NCBI RefSeq assembly: GCF_006345805.1
Contig: NC_043016.1
Coordinates: forward strand, 17,546,001-17,610,000
DNA: 64,000 nucleotides
DNA from: Octopus sinensis
Taxonomy: Eukaryota
Direction: 5' to 3'
Under the pieces are notes generated by a model. The model did no database searches, was not told the origin of the DNA, and worked only from the letters and a program-made list of their open reading frames with translations. Shown piece after piece: positions 39,921 through 52,985 of the stretch (the stretch's first letter is position 1; each line of letters begins with the position of its first letter). The translations under genes and the position numbers were made by a program.

Positions 39921-42642
39921 TTCTTCGCTATCTTGTTCGATCTCGTTCTTCTCTGAAATCATCGTCAAGACTTCAAAACACTAACTTCCATCTAGTTCTC
40001 TCATTCCTTACCATTTCTTCACCACAGAAGCAGAGCCGGAAACGCTTGCAGTCTCCGTGTCTACATGATTCTCTGACAAACAATTCTCTGTCTTTTACTT
40101 GCATTCAGACTCAAACCTTTATCTTGGCATCACAGTATCTGCCTTATAAAATCATGCAGATGTTATCTGATGAAAGTATGTTGCCTCACACTATCCTAAC
40201 AAACCACATTCTGTACACACAGACTCTTTGATATTTTAATTTAGCAAATTTGGTCAGACTTCATTAAATACATACGGAGTATTTCTGGCAGCCAAATTGA
40301 CCTATTTGAGACTGATAGGAGAATGTCTAAGCCCATCTTTCGTGAATATCTTGCCACTTCTTTCAAGAAACAAAAGTTTTAAGTCCAATACTAAATCCAA
40401 AATTCATAGCAATATATATATAAGGAATATTGCTTGCCGGCATCACTTGAAAGATATGTTTATAGCACCATTTGAGAACTGTTAACCTATGGGCACAAGG
40501 CATACAAATCAACCATTAAGAGAAAATTAATGCCTTTGCCCACATCCTGACGCAGAGTCTCTTGAAAAACAAAAACTAAAACAATAACAAAAACCCTCCC
40601 CAAAACAAAAAAAGAACAACCTAAAAACAAAAACAAATGTTCTAAATACTTTCATTACAAATTAGCGGAAAACTATTAGAGTCTTGCTGTACCCTCTTAT
40701 CAGACAATATGACACTGTAAGCAACCCTGCAAATCAAACCGCCATATTTTCTGTCCATTTATTCTATAAATCAATTGCGTATTGAAATGATACTTTCTTC
40801 CCTAAACTTTTCAATTTTTTAATTTTTGCAAGAATCGACTGCAGCCTACAAAAGTTCCTAACAGATATATACAGAGAAGACTAATGTACTACAGCGAACA
40901 TTAGTGGTCTCCCTCCCGTAAGAATATCGATGGAATCATTGCTTTCCTTCCTGACATCAGCAACATTTTTGAAAATGAATAACAAACTTTTTAGTAAAGT
41001 TATCCGGTTCGATGACAACTTTACTTCATTTCATTTCTTTTATCGGAATTTTCATTTGAGACCCTTCACTCGCTGCGTGACTCCACGAAGCATTCTACGA
41101 CATACAGTTTATTATTTTTTGTGTACTTTCAGGGTACAATTAAGTCTTCTAAATTTTCCTTTGTTTTCATCAACGAACAGTCACACACACGCATATGAAG
41201 AAAATGTCATTCTTCAATTCTTGATGATGTTTTGTAGTCACATATTATATTTTGTAGCCATATAAACCATTAGCTTCACGTCAAACACATTATCAAGAAC
41301 TTAAACGAAATCCTTAATGAGATTACGATAAGCTGGTTTCAATAAACAGCAGCAGAAACACAGCTACTACAAACACATCGAGAAAATATATAATTCTTGG
41401 CCTTTTCTATTATTCATGGAAAATTCACAATCTCGGATTAACTTTCATAGTCAAAATTGCTTTTAAAGAAAATACCATCTTTCCAGAACCAGAAATTACA
41501 TCCTAGTAGAACAATATTTGAAGCTAAACTATGACTCAAAACTCATTAACCGATCACATGTCAACATAAAAGTTGTTACACACAAAGATTCCAGACAGAA
41601 ACCAAACTTGTTTAGTAAGAATAACTTCCTGGGAAACCTAATAATTAATGACAAACCTTTCGTGAATAACTGAAACACAGCTTAAAGTGATTTTAGAAGT
41701 TTATCTGCTTGCAATCCTCGTCTGTGAAAGTGATTTTAGAAGTTTATGTGCGTACAATCCTCGTCTGTGAAAATAACAATCCTATTTCCATTGACTTCAG
41801 TTCAGGGAGAGATCGGTGAATTCTCAGATTAAGTATAAGAATTAGTAAGGGTGCAAAAATTGTAAGATTCTTCAAATCTGTTTGAGATATAAAAAAAGAA
41901 GACGCTAAATACAGATTTCTGTATCATTGAGCGTCATCAGCTGCAAGTGTCCACTAATACTTACAGGCTAAGGCAAATTTAGCCTCCCCCCATAACAGTA
42001 GTTAGAAAATCATTGATTTCACAACCACACTGCCGCTGCCAGACCCTGTCCGTCTACTACTGAAATACTTTCGAGATGAATACTGCAGTTTTGTGATTTT
42101 CTACCGCATATACCTGTTAGGTTTGATATACATAATGTTATTTCGAATTAATACTGCCTTCGACGCAAATAACGGATTTTTACACAGCCCGCCGCCTGCT
42201 GGCGACATTCAGTTATGTAGACCTTAGCACGTGATTTGTACATTGTTTTATGGGTCTCCGACAAAAGAAAGAGAAAGTTGATCTCCGTGAAAATTGACTT
42301 AACACTTCAAGCGCCTGAACATACATCGTATGGCAATATTTCCGACACAGTAACGGTTCTGCCATGCACACATACACACACATATACACATATACGGCCA
42401 TACATACACACATCCATCCATACATACATACATTCATGCATGCATACATACACACACATATATGCATACATGCATACATACGTATATACAAATACATGGA
42501 TATATACATACATGCATACATACATGCATACATCCATACATGCATACATTCATGATATATACATGCATACGTAGACACACATGCATGCATACATACATAA
42601 TACCTACATAATACATGCATACATACATACATACATACATAC

Positions 42643-43160
42643 ATGGTGACTGCCCCCTCGTTATCGATTATGGCCATTGCACGAAGCTTAATCAATGTTA
42701 TCGTGCAATGCCTGTGCAAGAAGATTTTTTTAAAGTGAGGAAAGGCTGTGCACTGAGTCAATCCCACTCACTAAGCAACAGCTGCCATAATATTAAAAGA
42801 ACAAGTCAACATCATCGGTAACCACTGAGCCGCAGGTTTTATGTCGGAGTTATCCCAGTTACCTGAGTTGCCTTCTCCTAGAAGGATTCCCTAACAAAGG
42901 CTAGGAGTCCTTCACTCCCAATGGTTTAACAGCGCGATCGGGTATTCAGTCCGATTATTTCTATGTCCCCGCGCATGATACAGCCTTAAGACATTTATTG
43001 GATGGCCGTTGACTCTCAAGAGTTCCTCCGCCTTTTGACGGGCTTTGTTTTTCATCCCGCAGGGTGTCCAATAAACACCCTCCTCACCAAGCAAGCTTGG
43101 TGGGATTGCCGGTTTAGTCGCCGACGACCCGACCATGCAACAGGTTGTACTGGGTTACAT
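42643..43160 (-). mobile_element. Non-autonomous RTE derivative (RTE-like 5' region joined to RTE 3' end) with (ATGT)n tail
   Basis: Terminus aagcttcgtgcaatggccata...cgataacgagggggcag shared with the coding RTE 3' end at 43203-43260. ctaggagaagg..aactc motif typical of RTE 5' UTRs; no ORF between. Confidence 0.65.
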
Positions 43161-43202
43161 GTTATCAGTAGCACTCGAAAGTAACCTGACATAACATACA
43201 TT

Positions 43203-43982
43203 ATTATGGCTGCTCCCTCGTTATCGAGTATGACCATTGCACGAAGCTTAACTGTTACTGGTGCTGTTATCGAATGTGACTTTTTAGCCCAGCCAAAGAT
43301 CTACAATGTCTTGTACAAAATTGGCAACTAAAACCTTTACCGGTAATAGCCGGCTGTAGTTGTAATTGGGCTTCATGTACATTTGCATGTCGTTTAAGTC
43401 CTCCTGCTGAATTACACCCCCTTCCACATGCCTGACAGATATGATTAGTATGGTGTGTTACACCACCAATAGTGGCCAGGTTTGTCACTCATCTGTCTCG
43501 CTTTATGGCTACGAAGATGACTCTTGAGTCCAGCTTCACTGAGGCAGGGTCTTGCACAGACACTGCATATCAGCGTCATAGGAAGACCCTTCCCATATGG
43601 AAGTGTAACAGCGATGCCCTTCCTGACATCCCTCCTTACTTTCTCATGTGAAACTCGAGATTTCTCAAAAGTAGCTGTCCCCTCGTGCACAATCCTTCTC
43701 CACCTGCTACGCTCAATAGCTATGTCTTCCCATGTGTCAGGAGAGGTGCAAGCATCTCTTAAGGAAGCCTTCAGCAAGTACTTATACCTCTGTTTTGGTT
43801 TATGTGGAGGTTGTTCTCCTTTAGCTAACTCTCCATAAAAGAGTTGTTTTGGCATCCTTGAATCCTTCATCCTGACCAGATGACCACTCCATCTGAGCCT
43901 TTGCTTTAACACAAGAGCTTCTATTCTTTCACACCAAGAGCCTTCCAATATTTCAAGATCACTGATGCGGTCCTTCCACTTT
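43203..43982 (-). mobile_element. RTE-clade LINE 3' end with three C2H2-like zinc fingers
   Basis: LRWSGHLVRM..SRMPKQLFYGEL..G...KQRY, WEDIA..RSRWR; CSVC...HLRSH, CQAC...HANVH, CQFC...SHIR; one frameshift. Confidence 0.88.
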
Positions 43983-44014
43983 TGCATACATATATACATA
44001 GATACATACATATA

Positions 44015-44330
44015 AGGTGGCTGCCCCCTCGTTATCGAGTATGGCCATTGTACGAAGCTTAATCAATGTTGTTATCGTGCAATTCCTGTGCATGTTATCC
44101 CAGTTACCTGAGTTACCTTCTCCTAGGAGGATACTCTAACACATTTTGAATGCATTCTCTGATGCTTGCACTGCCTTAGGATTGACAGTCAATCTCAAGA
44201 AAACTGTTGTCATGCATCAACCTGCCCCTGGTAAGCAGTATAGTGTACCAAATATCTATGTGTATGGTAAACGGCTTGATGCAGTTGATCAGTTTGTCTA
44301 CCTGGGAAGCACTGTTAATAGATATAGCAA
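44015..44330. mobile_element. Deleted RTE derivative (44015-44140, -) abutting an inverted RTE RT fragment (44141-44328, +)
   Basis: Same 3' terminus as 42643 and 43203; plus-strand AFSDACTALGLTVNLKKTVVMHQP...DQFVYLGS. Confidence 0.78.
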
Positions 44331-44756
44331 ACATACATAGATGCATACATGCATACACGCATACTTACATATATGCATACATACATACATGCATAATACA
44401 TAGAGACATACATACAAGCATATATACATGCATGTATACATACATGCATACCATACATGCATGCATACATACCCACATGCATACATACATACATACATAA
44501 TACAAACATACATGCATATATATACACAGACATATATGCATGCATACATACACATATTGATGCATGCATTCATACACATATACACACAAGCATACATGCA
44601 TACATACATGTATACATCCGTATACACATACATACATATATACATACATATGTACATCCTTACTTACATACTTACATATGTATACATACGTACGCATACA
44701 TACATACATACATACATACATACATACATACATACATACATACATACATACATACA

Positions 44757-44806
<50 letters not shown>

Positions 44807-44950
44807 CCTACATATTACATACGTAGTACACACATATATGCATACTTACATGCACGCATTCATACATACATGTATGCATACGAACATGCTTATATACATG
44901 CATACGTACATACATACGCATACACATATGCATAAATACACACGAGCATA
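44330..44950. repeat. Degenerate (TACA)n/(TGCA) microsatellite
   Basis: Direct reading. Confidence 0.92.
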
Positions 44951-44954
44951 CATA

Positions 44955-45994
44955 CAGGGGTTGGACAAAACGATGGAAACACCTTAAAATTTCAAACAAA
45001 CTTATTTTAATATGGGGTAGGACCAGCTTTGGCAGTAATAACAGCTTGAATTCTACGACCTATGGACTCCTATGAAGTTTGAATTGTTTCCAAAGGAATT
45101 TTTGTCCATTCTTCAGCTAAAATAGTCTCCAGTTCTTGTAGTGATGAGGGTGGAGGATATCGACCCCTTACTTGTTTTTCTAAAATGCACCATAAATGTT
45201 CGATAATATTGAGGTCTGGGGACTGTGGTGGCCAGATAAGATGTTCAACTTCACTAGAATGTTCCTCGTGCCATTCAGTAACAACTTTGATTGTGTGAAT
45301 TGGTGCATTAACATAGGATAGATTTGATGAGATAGAATGCAAATGGTGACTCGTCCGAGGAAATAAAATTCTTCCACTGCTCTAGGGACGAATTCTGTAG
45401 GTTTTTACTCCTCTCCAAACGCTTTGCAACGTTTGTTTTTGAAGGTAGTGGGTTTCTGATTGTAGCCCTCCCATGAAATCCAGCTTTGGGCAGCTGCCGG
45501 CGAACAGTTTTTGTGAAAACTGGGTCCTCGAGGTGGTCATTAAGCTCTGCGGGAATTTTGGGAACTGTAATTTGTGATCCTTTCAAACTATTCGCGTAAG
45601 AATCTGACGGCCCCTATTTAAAAGCTTTGGTATTCTTCCGGAGTTTTGTTTCGACGAGAAGGGTTTTTCCCCTCATAAAAGCTGTCATTACTTTCGCAAC
45701 AGTACTTCTTGATACACCAAATATTTCGGCTGTTTTCATTACACTAGCGCCTGCCATACAAGCACCAACAATTTGACTTCTTTGAAAGTCCGATAGATCT
45801 GTCATTTTAATGAATTTTAATTACCTTTTTCTGATGATATCTGAAAAGAAGCAGCAATTTCAGCAAAACATATTAAGCAACACTAATAATAAGTAAAAAA
45901 AACATAAAAATAAACAAGCTTTTGATGGTTTTATGGATATTTCAAAATCATGATGCTATGATGCTAGGTGTCTTCATTTTTTGTTTAGCCCCTG
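44955..45994 (-). mobile_element. Second copy of the Tc1-like DD36E transposon, internally deleted, inverted relative to 34210
   Basis: TA-CAGGGGTTGGACAAAA...gcccctg-TA. Minus-strand MTDLSDFQRSQIVGA, SSDES, NAPIHT, WPPQSPDLNIIEHLW. Confidence 0.92.
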
Positions 45995-46504
45995 TATATA
46001 CGCACGTTGTGCATAACTACACATATACACAGTAACATACACACGCACATACGTATATACACGATAACGGAACAATTAATTACACGAAAAACGTCAGCTA
46101 TTCCTAACACCAACATCCTCTCACAAGCTAATCAATACCTTTTTTTTACTAATTTACTACAGATTAAATTTTCATGACTGACGTTTATCACTTTATTCAT
46201 CCAGTCGCTCAATAATATACTAATATTTATCACTTAACTCCTCAATCTAAATATTGGTTCGGTTATGCGTTCAGCTAAGAACGTATCATTTCCCCCCCCC
46301 CCCACACTAACCAACAATCAATTGTATTATTTGATGGTTGGCTATTTAGTTGTGTATCTCGACGTTCTGGGTAGAAATATAAGTGAGGTACATTATTCTT
46401 CCGAGTTAGAAAAACAATAAGTACCAGCTGAGCCATAGTTGTCGTTCTTAATCAGCCAAACTCATTCATCCCTTAGATTTCAGGTCTTCTGCTTGTTAGA
46501 AATC

Positions 46505-47690
46505 GATATTTAATTGTTCAATGTACTTTCAGGTTTTGCACATATAAATAAAATTCCATCCATCCATCCATCCATCCAGCCGTCGTTGCAGTATCGGCAC
46601 TTTGGGTCTACACCATTTTTCACCATATTGACTTCATAGTTTCGGGTCAATAAGCTCTGATCTTGGGCAGCCAAAATAAAGCCTTCACTCTCTGCCTTTA
46701 GCCCTGAGCTCCGTAGCCACTGACGGGTGTGCTTCTGGTGTACACCAGCTTGTTTACTACGGGTCACATATTTTCCATGCAGAGGTTTTTGTTCCCACCT
46801 ATCAGCCAATTGTTCAAACGCATTTTCCTTTTGCTATTGATTCAACCTTCTTTGCAACTACAGTTGCCGCACTTCCATCATGCTGTTCAATTTGAGTTTT
46901 ATGCATAAACTCATTAGCAAATTTTTTGCTCTCCTTCATAACAAAATGAAGCTTTTTACGACTCTCGCGGTTTTCAAAGAGTTTTAGCATCCAGTCGTTA
47001 GATGTTTCGAGATATTTAGCCAGTCCAATTGTGTTGGTTTTCTAGGAGATTTCAAATTTGACCATGCCTCGGGTAGATAAAGACGAACTGCATCTGCCTT
47101 TGGGTGGTGCATCTTATTACAAATCAGCAGCTTGCAGATTTTACTGTCAATCTTCCTTATTTCGCTCATATTCCAGTTCAACACATTGAAACTGTAAATA
47201 ATAACCGGAACTGCTAAGGAATTTATTGCTAATACCTTTGTTACGTGCCTTTAACTCGGATTTTAGGACTGCTCGAACTCTCCTGTAACACTTGCATGCT
47301 GAATGCCAGAGCCCTCATTTATTCCGAGGTATTTGTAAGCGTGTTCCTGCTCGAGTTAATTTATAACTGTGTCAACATTTAACGCCACTGAATGTGAGGT
47401 CTTCAACTCCTCTTTCTGGAAAGTGGCCTTCGGACATTTATGAAGATCTAATTCCCTCTCGATGCCATCACTGAATGCTTTCACAGTACGTGGTAGTCCT
47501 TCAAGCTAATTATTGCCCTTGCCATAGAGTTTTAAGTCGTCCATATAAAATAGATGACTTATTTTCTTGTCGCCAATTTTATGTCCATACCCTTTCACTT
47601 GTAAGGGGCATTAGGGTTATGCATAAAATTAAAGGTGAAAGTGAGTCACCCTGGAAAATGCCGCAGTTGATAGTCATAGTTTTGTGGTCA

Positions 47691-47692
<2 letters not shown>
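46505..47692 (-). mobile_element. R4/Dong-like non-LTR retrotransposon fragment (RT to zinc knuckle)
   Basis: GIFQGDSLSP, HLFYMDDLKLY, YKYLGI, AINSLAVPV, KPLHGKY, ESEGFILAAQDQSLLTRNY, CRYC; stops and frameshifts. Confidence 0.82.
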
Positions 47693-47760
<68 letters not shown>

Positions 47761-47792
47761 GAGTGAGAGAGCAACGCCGTTAAAAAATAACG

Positions 47793-47832
47793 TTCCCATG
47801 TCGGGAATCGAACCCGGGCCGCCTGGGTGAAA
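47793..47832 (-). pseudogene. 3' half of tRNA-Glu(TTC), truncated at the anticodon loop
   Basis: TTTCACCCAGGCGGCCCGGGTTCGATTCCCGACATGGGAA matches the tRNA-Glu 3' half; no CCA; T6 tract 6 nt downstream. Confidence 0.75.
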
Positions 47833-48099
47833 TAATAATATATTATAATGTATATATAATATATATACATATGTATATATAATATATATATATATTTAAT
47901 ATAATACATATTCCAGTACTTAATTCAACTGAATCTTAATTGTATTTTTTATGTGTGTGTGTGAGTGTGTGTGTATGTATATATTTATGTATATATATAT
48001 GTATAGATTTATGGATATATATATATGTGTGTATATAATTATGGATATATATATGTTTGTGTGTGTGTGTATGTATGTATGTATGGCTCGATATATATG

Positions 48100-48325
48100 C
48101 GGCGAGATGGCAGAATCGTTAGCACGCAGGCGAAATGCGTAGCCGTATTTCGTCTGTCGTTACGTTGCGAGTTCAAATTCCTCCGAGGTCGACTTTGCCT
48201 TTCATCCTTTCGGGGTCGATAAATTAAGTACCAGTTACGCACTGGGGTCGATGTAATCGACTTAATACCTATGTCAGTCCTTGTTTGTCTCCTCTATGTT
48301 TAGCCCCTTGTGGGTAGTAAAGAAA
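48100..48325 (+). mobile_element. SINE family B, full length
   Basis: Matches the 22692 copy. Confidence 0.88.
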
Positions 48326-48869
48326 TAGATATATGTGTGTGTATGTGTATATATAGTTTAGCACTGTATACAATAAGTTCATTATATTATTTGTATGTGA
48401 TGCTGGCTCCACATACGTAAGTGCATTTGTGGATTTTAAAAAACTATTTATTATATAAGCGGTGAGACTGAAAAGAGGACAATCGAAAACTGTAAAAAAG
48501 AAGACCTGAAGGAACGAGTGTGAACGCGTATACACACGGTCATGCGCAAACGCACACATATACACGTGCGCGCTTATGTACTCTGCTGACAAATGCATAA
48601 ATCATAAGACTGTTAAAAACAATGAACCGCAGAGACACTCCACACAAACTCACCATCGTATATACTCATGCATAACTCAGAGAGTATAAATACAATAACT
48701 AAAGTTTGAATGCAATGGCATAGACGTGAGATAAGGACGGCGTTTCATTGAGGAAATCATGGATCGGGATCAAAGAACTTTGATAAGCCAGTAGCGTGAT
48801 TGATCACTGGAACACTTAATCAAACAATCGATTACTTAAATAATGGCGAATAATAATCATAACAATAAT

Positions 48870-49195
48870 TCTTTTTACTTAAGGCACAGGAGACTAGTTG
48901 ATTACATCGACCCAAATGTTACGCTGGTACGTAATCAATCGATCTCTAAGGAGGAAAAGCAAAGTCGACCTCGACGTAATTTGAACCTAGAACGTAGTGA
49001 CGAGCGAAATACCTATTTCTTTACTACCCACAAGGGGCTAAATACAGAGAGGACAAAGAAGGACAGACAAACGGATTAAGTCTATTATATCGACCCCAGT
49101 GCGTAACTGGTACTTAATTTATCGACCCCGAAAGGATGAAAGGTAAAGTCGACCTCGGCGGAATTTGAACTCAGAACGTAGCGGCATCCGTTAAA
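48870..49195 (-). mobile_element. Two tandem SINE family B copies (48870-49010 degraded; 49013-49195 well preserved)
   Basis: Reverse complements of the family B body. Confidence 0.8.
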
Positions 49196-49565
49196 CATAC
49201 AAGTTTTTTTTTCATTCTCTCTTGGTTTATTTTCTCTTATTCCTTTCTGTTAAAGAGCGTAGGCTTGAAATGTAAAAGACTTTTCCATTTTCCTGAGCGT
49301 CAAACTAAAACACCTGTTTGTTGTTCATACACTTGTCTTTGTTTTTTGTTTTTATATAAACTGACATACATCCGTTCAGCTCAAGAATCTCGCAGACTCA
49401 CACCGTACTCATACACTTCTGTATATTGTGGTAATGGGAGTAGGGCAATTGGCGTCAGGGCAACGACGGTGAGGGTAGGTTGCAATTACTATTTACTTTG
49501 TATTTACTATTAAGCTTGGTCGTTTTTCTGTTAGATATCGGAATTTTACCACAACTTACATAAAT

Positions 49566-49605
<40 letters not shown>

Positions 49606-50086
49606 ATTTGGCTCAAAAGCAAATAGCAAGGCCATGTAGGGGGACATGGAGTTAAGTACAGGGTGGTGTTCATGTAAAGAGTTCAGGCCACTTGAGGTCC
49701 AGGGAGGCTTTGAACAAAGCGGTCGTCGGCATCTTCACCATCTCGTCTGGCAGATTGTTCCACGGATCCGCAACCCGGACGGAGAAAGCTCCTCTCCTTC
49801 GATTGACCCCGCAGCCGACGCTCTGGAGCAGGAGTGAAGAACAGCTCTTTCGAGGGGTTACACTTTCCGCTTATGATGTTGTGGGCGAGAATGAGATCAC
49901 CACGGCGGCGGCATTTTTCAAGAGAATAAAGGTCGAGCGTCCTCAGCCTTTCTTCGTAGGACAAATTTTTGAGATCATGAACCATGCGGGTAGCCAGCTT
50001 CTGGACTCTTTCGAGATGCTGTATGTCTTTGAGGAGATAAGGAGCCGGTCGCACCTGACTCAAAGAATGGAGTATAACTGGTAAGA
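49566..50086 (-). mobile_element. CR1/L2-group LINE 3' end with (TAAC)n tail
   Basis: APYLLKDIQHLERVQKLATRMV..LKNLSYEERL..LDLYSLE.RRRRGDLI; (GTTA)n at 49566-49605; GC-rich and little decayed. Confidence 0.9.
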
Positions 50087-50709
50087 GTATAGAGGATCAG
50101 CATGTTAAGTATAAACATAATGTCCAATTGGATAAGGCTGAATTAAAAGTTGTTTCGACACAGCAACATGTCGCAACGTTACGATAAATATAAGAACTCA
50201 TAACAGAAAAAGGAAAACGACCGATGTTTAATAGGGAATATAAGATAAATGGAAATGGCACCCACCACTGCAGGTGCAACCAACTCCGGACCTAAATAAA
50301 CTCCTCCTCCTCCTCCACTATATAGAGATATGGCTTTCACCGTGTACGTGTGCTTGAGTGTGTTGTATGCCTGTGACTGTGGATATGTGCCAGAATGTAT
50401 AAGTCCCTCGGTGCCAGTCAAGAACTGGAGTAGATGTGGCCAAACGTTCCCCATCAGTTTCTGGTTCTCAGCATGTATTAGGAAAGATTCCTATAAGCTC
50501 GAAAGGAAGTTAGTATATGTGTTTATAACACATCATACAGAAAAATTAGCTTCCACCGCACAAAAACCATCTGAAACCGGATATATATATTATGTATACT
50601 TTATCACTACTGTATCTGCATGGGTGGATACATATATATACACACACAACCTCACCACACAAGTGTATATATATATATATATATATAATCTATCTATTAT
50701 CTATCTATA

Positions 50710-50785
<76 letters not shown>

Positions 50786-50808
50786 GTCTATCTCTCTCTC
50801 TCTCTCTC

Positions 50809-50908
<100 letters not shown>

Positions 50909-50941
50909 TTTATATAGATAACACACACATAAGCAAGATGC

Positions 50942-51100
50942 TAGTTTGTCGGGCGGCTGCGGTTTTTAGACGTAAGAGAATATATTCTCGATGCTCTTGG
51001 TGTAAAACACCTGAAAGTACTTACTTTCAAGTGATTTACACCAAGAGCATCGAAAACATATTGTCTTAGATCTACAAAACCAGAGCTGTCCGACAAACTA
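50942..51100. repeat. ~160-bp imperfect palindrome (hairpin MITE-like)
   Basis: tagtttgtcgg/ccgacaaacta ends; perfect 19-bp inner stem 50988-51006/51035-51053. Confidence 0.82.
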
Positions 51101-51704
51101 AAAACACACTTCTTTATGTGTGTTCGATTTTGTTTATATATCAGCCAAACACAATTCATAATATTCCACTATACCAATGCACGGGAAAAAATACTCAGCC
51201 CAACAACGACTAAATAAAGAAGCTACATTTATTGAAAAATACAAACCAGAACTTAACATGAATATATAATGGTCTTCTGAAATAAAAAAAAAGCCAGCCA
51301 GAAAAAAAGAAAAAAATATTTACCACTCCTATTATATCCACTGATTATTCCTTTAGTTAAAAAATCATATTTACAGATTATATCATCTAAGCTATACGCT
51401 CCTCTATAACCGCAAAACTGTATCATACCTGCTTCTACACAAGAATAAATCAAAAACTTATGATTTAATAATATTCAGTCATGATTAGCGAAGCGAAACC
51501 GGTCGACTCTGTACATATTGTAATGGATTAAATAATCTTTATCGACACAAACAAGATTTATGTGCTCTTTCACTTTAAATCTTATATTACACACACACAC
51601 ACACGTATGTTTGAGAATCTGCATTTGTACGCACATATGTATGTGTGTATCTACGGATTCATACACATATGAATGCATATGTTCCAGTGACTATATGTGC
51701 GTAT

Positions 51705-52090
51705 CTTATGCTTGTTTCAGTCATTTGACTGCGGCCATGCTGGAGCACCGCCCTGAAGAAGTTTAGTCAAACAAATCGATTGCAGTGCTTATTTTTTTAA
51801 AGCATCGTACTTAATCTATCGGTGTCTTTTGCCGAAACGCTAAGTTGTAAAGCGGTGGTGGAGACAGACACAGACAGAAAGACACACACACACACACACA
51901 CATACACACACACACAAACATACGTGTATATATATATATATATATATACACATGAGACAGATTTCTTTCAGTTTCCGTCTACCAAATCCAACCGATTCAC
52001 AAGGTTTTGATCGGTCTGAGACCATAGTAGAAACACTTGCCGAAAGTGCCACGCAATGGTACTAAACCCTTCTTACCACACACCCACACC
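51705..52090 (-). mobile_element. SINE family A
   Basis: gcttgtttcagtcatttgactgcggccatgctggagcaccgcc...tttctttcagtttccgtctaccaaatcc. Confidence 0.8.
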
Positions 52091-52487
52091 TGCACATGTA
52101 TACATCATTTTCTAATAATGTATATATACGCTGTTAAATACTTTATGTAAACTTAAAAAGAAGTATTTCAACATTAAACTGAAGAAGTACTCAATACTTT
52201 CAGTACAGTACATTTATTAAAACTTAACAAAAAGAAGAGTAACAGGGACGTCGAAGTTTCGGTCTGCTAGTACTCGTCAGACAAAGGCTATAAACTTCCA
52301 AGTCATTATAACTCCTCTTGATGCACACACAGACATACACGTGTCACTGCCTTTCATTGTTTTCAAATGGAAATACGAAGTGACAAGATGGATCGTATGA
52401 GAGCACGCCCACACGATCACGAACACAAGCTCATATACACCCACAAACTTTGCGCACTATGACATTAAAGCTATGAAACAACAAAGC

Positions 52488-52985
52488 ACACTCACTCACA
52501 CACTCACTCACTCACTCACTCACTCACTCACTCACTCACTCACTCACTCACTCTCTCACTCACTCACTCACTCACTCACTCACTCACTCACTCACTCACT
52601 CTCTCACTCACTCACTCACTCACTCACTCTCTCACTCACTCACTCACTCACTCACTCACTCACTCACTCACTCACTCACTCACTCACTCACTCACTCACA
52701 CACTCACTCACTCACTCATTCACTCACTCACTTACTCACTCACTCACTCGCTCGCTCACTCACTCACTCACTCTCTTACTCACTCACTCACTCACTCACT
52801 CTCTCACTCTCTCACTCACTCACTCACTCACTCACTCACTCACTCTCTCACTCACTCTCTCACTCACTCACTCACTCACTTACTCACTCACTCACTCACT
52901 CACTCACTCACTCACTCTCTCACTCACTCACTCACTCTCTCACTCACTCACTCTCTCACTCACTCACTCACTCACTCACATACTC
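52488..52985. repeat. (CACT)n microsatellite, ~500 bp
   Basis: Direct reading. Confidence 0.96.

Noticed and set aside
39719-40231. 170-aa plus-strand ORF
   Set aside because: No recognisable domain, starts at an alternative codon, and overlaps a probable hAT remnant.
41684-41772. 43-bp tandem duplication
   Set aside because: Two diverged units only; an ordinary local duplication.
49240-49285. CTGTTAA-GAGC-GTAG-GCTT-GAAAT as a functional hammerhead
   Set aside because: Several core positions are mutated.
52245-52285. Hammerhead-like CTGACGA...GAAAC...GTC on the minus strand as a functional ribozyme
   Set aside because: Helix II is poorly paired and helix I is absent; counted only as a degenerate motif.
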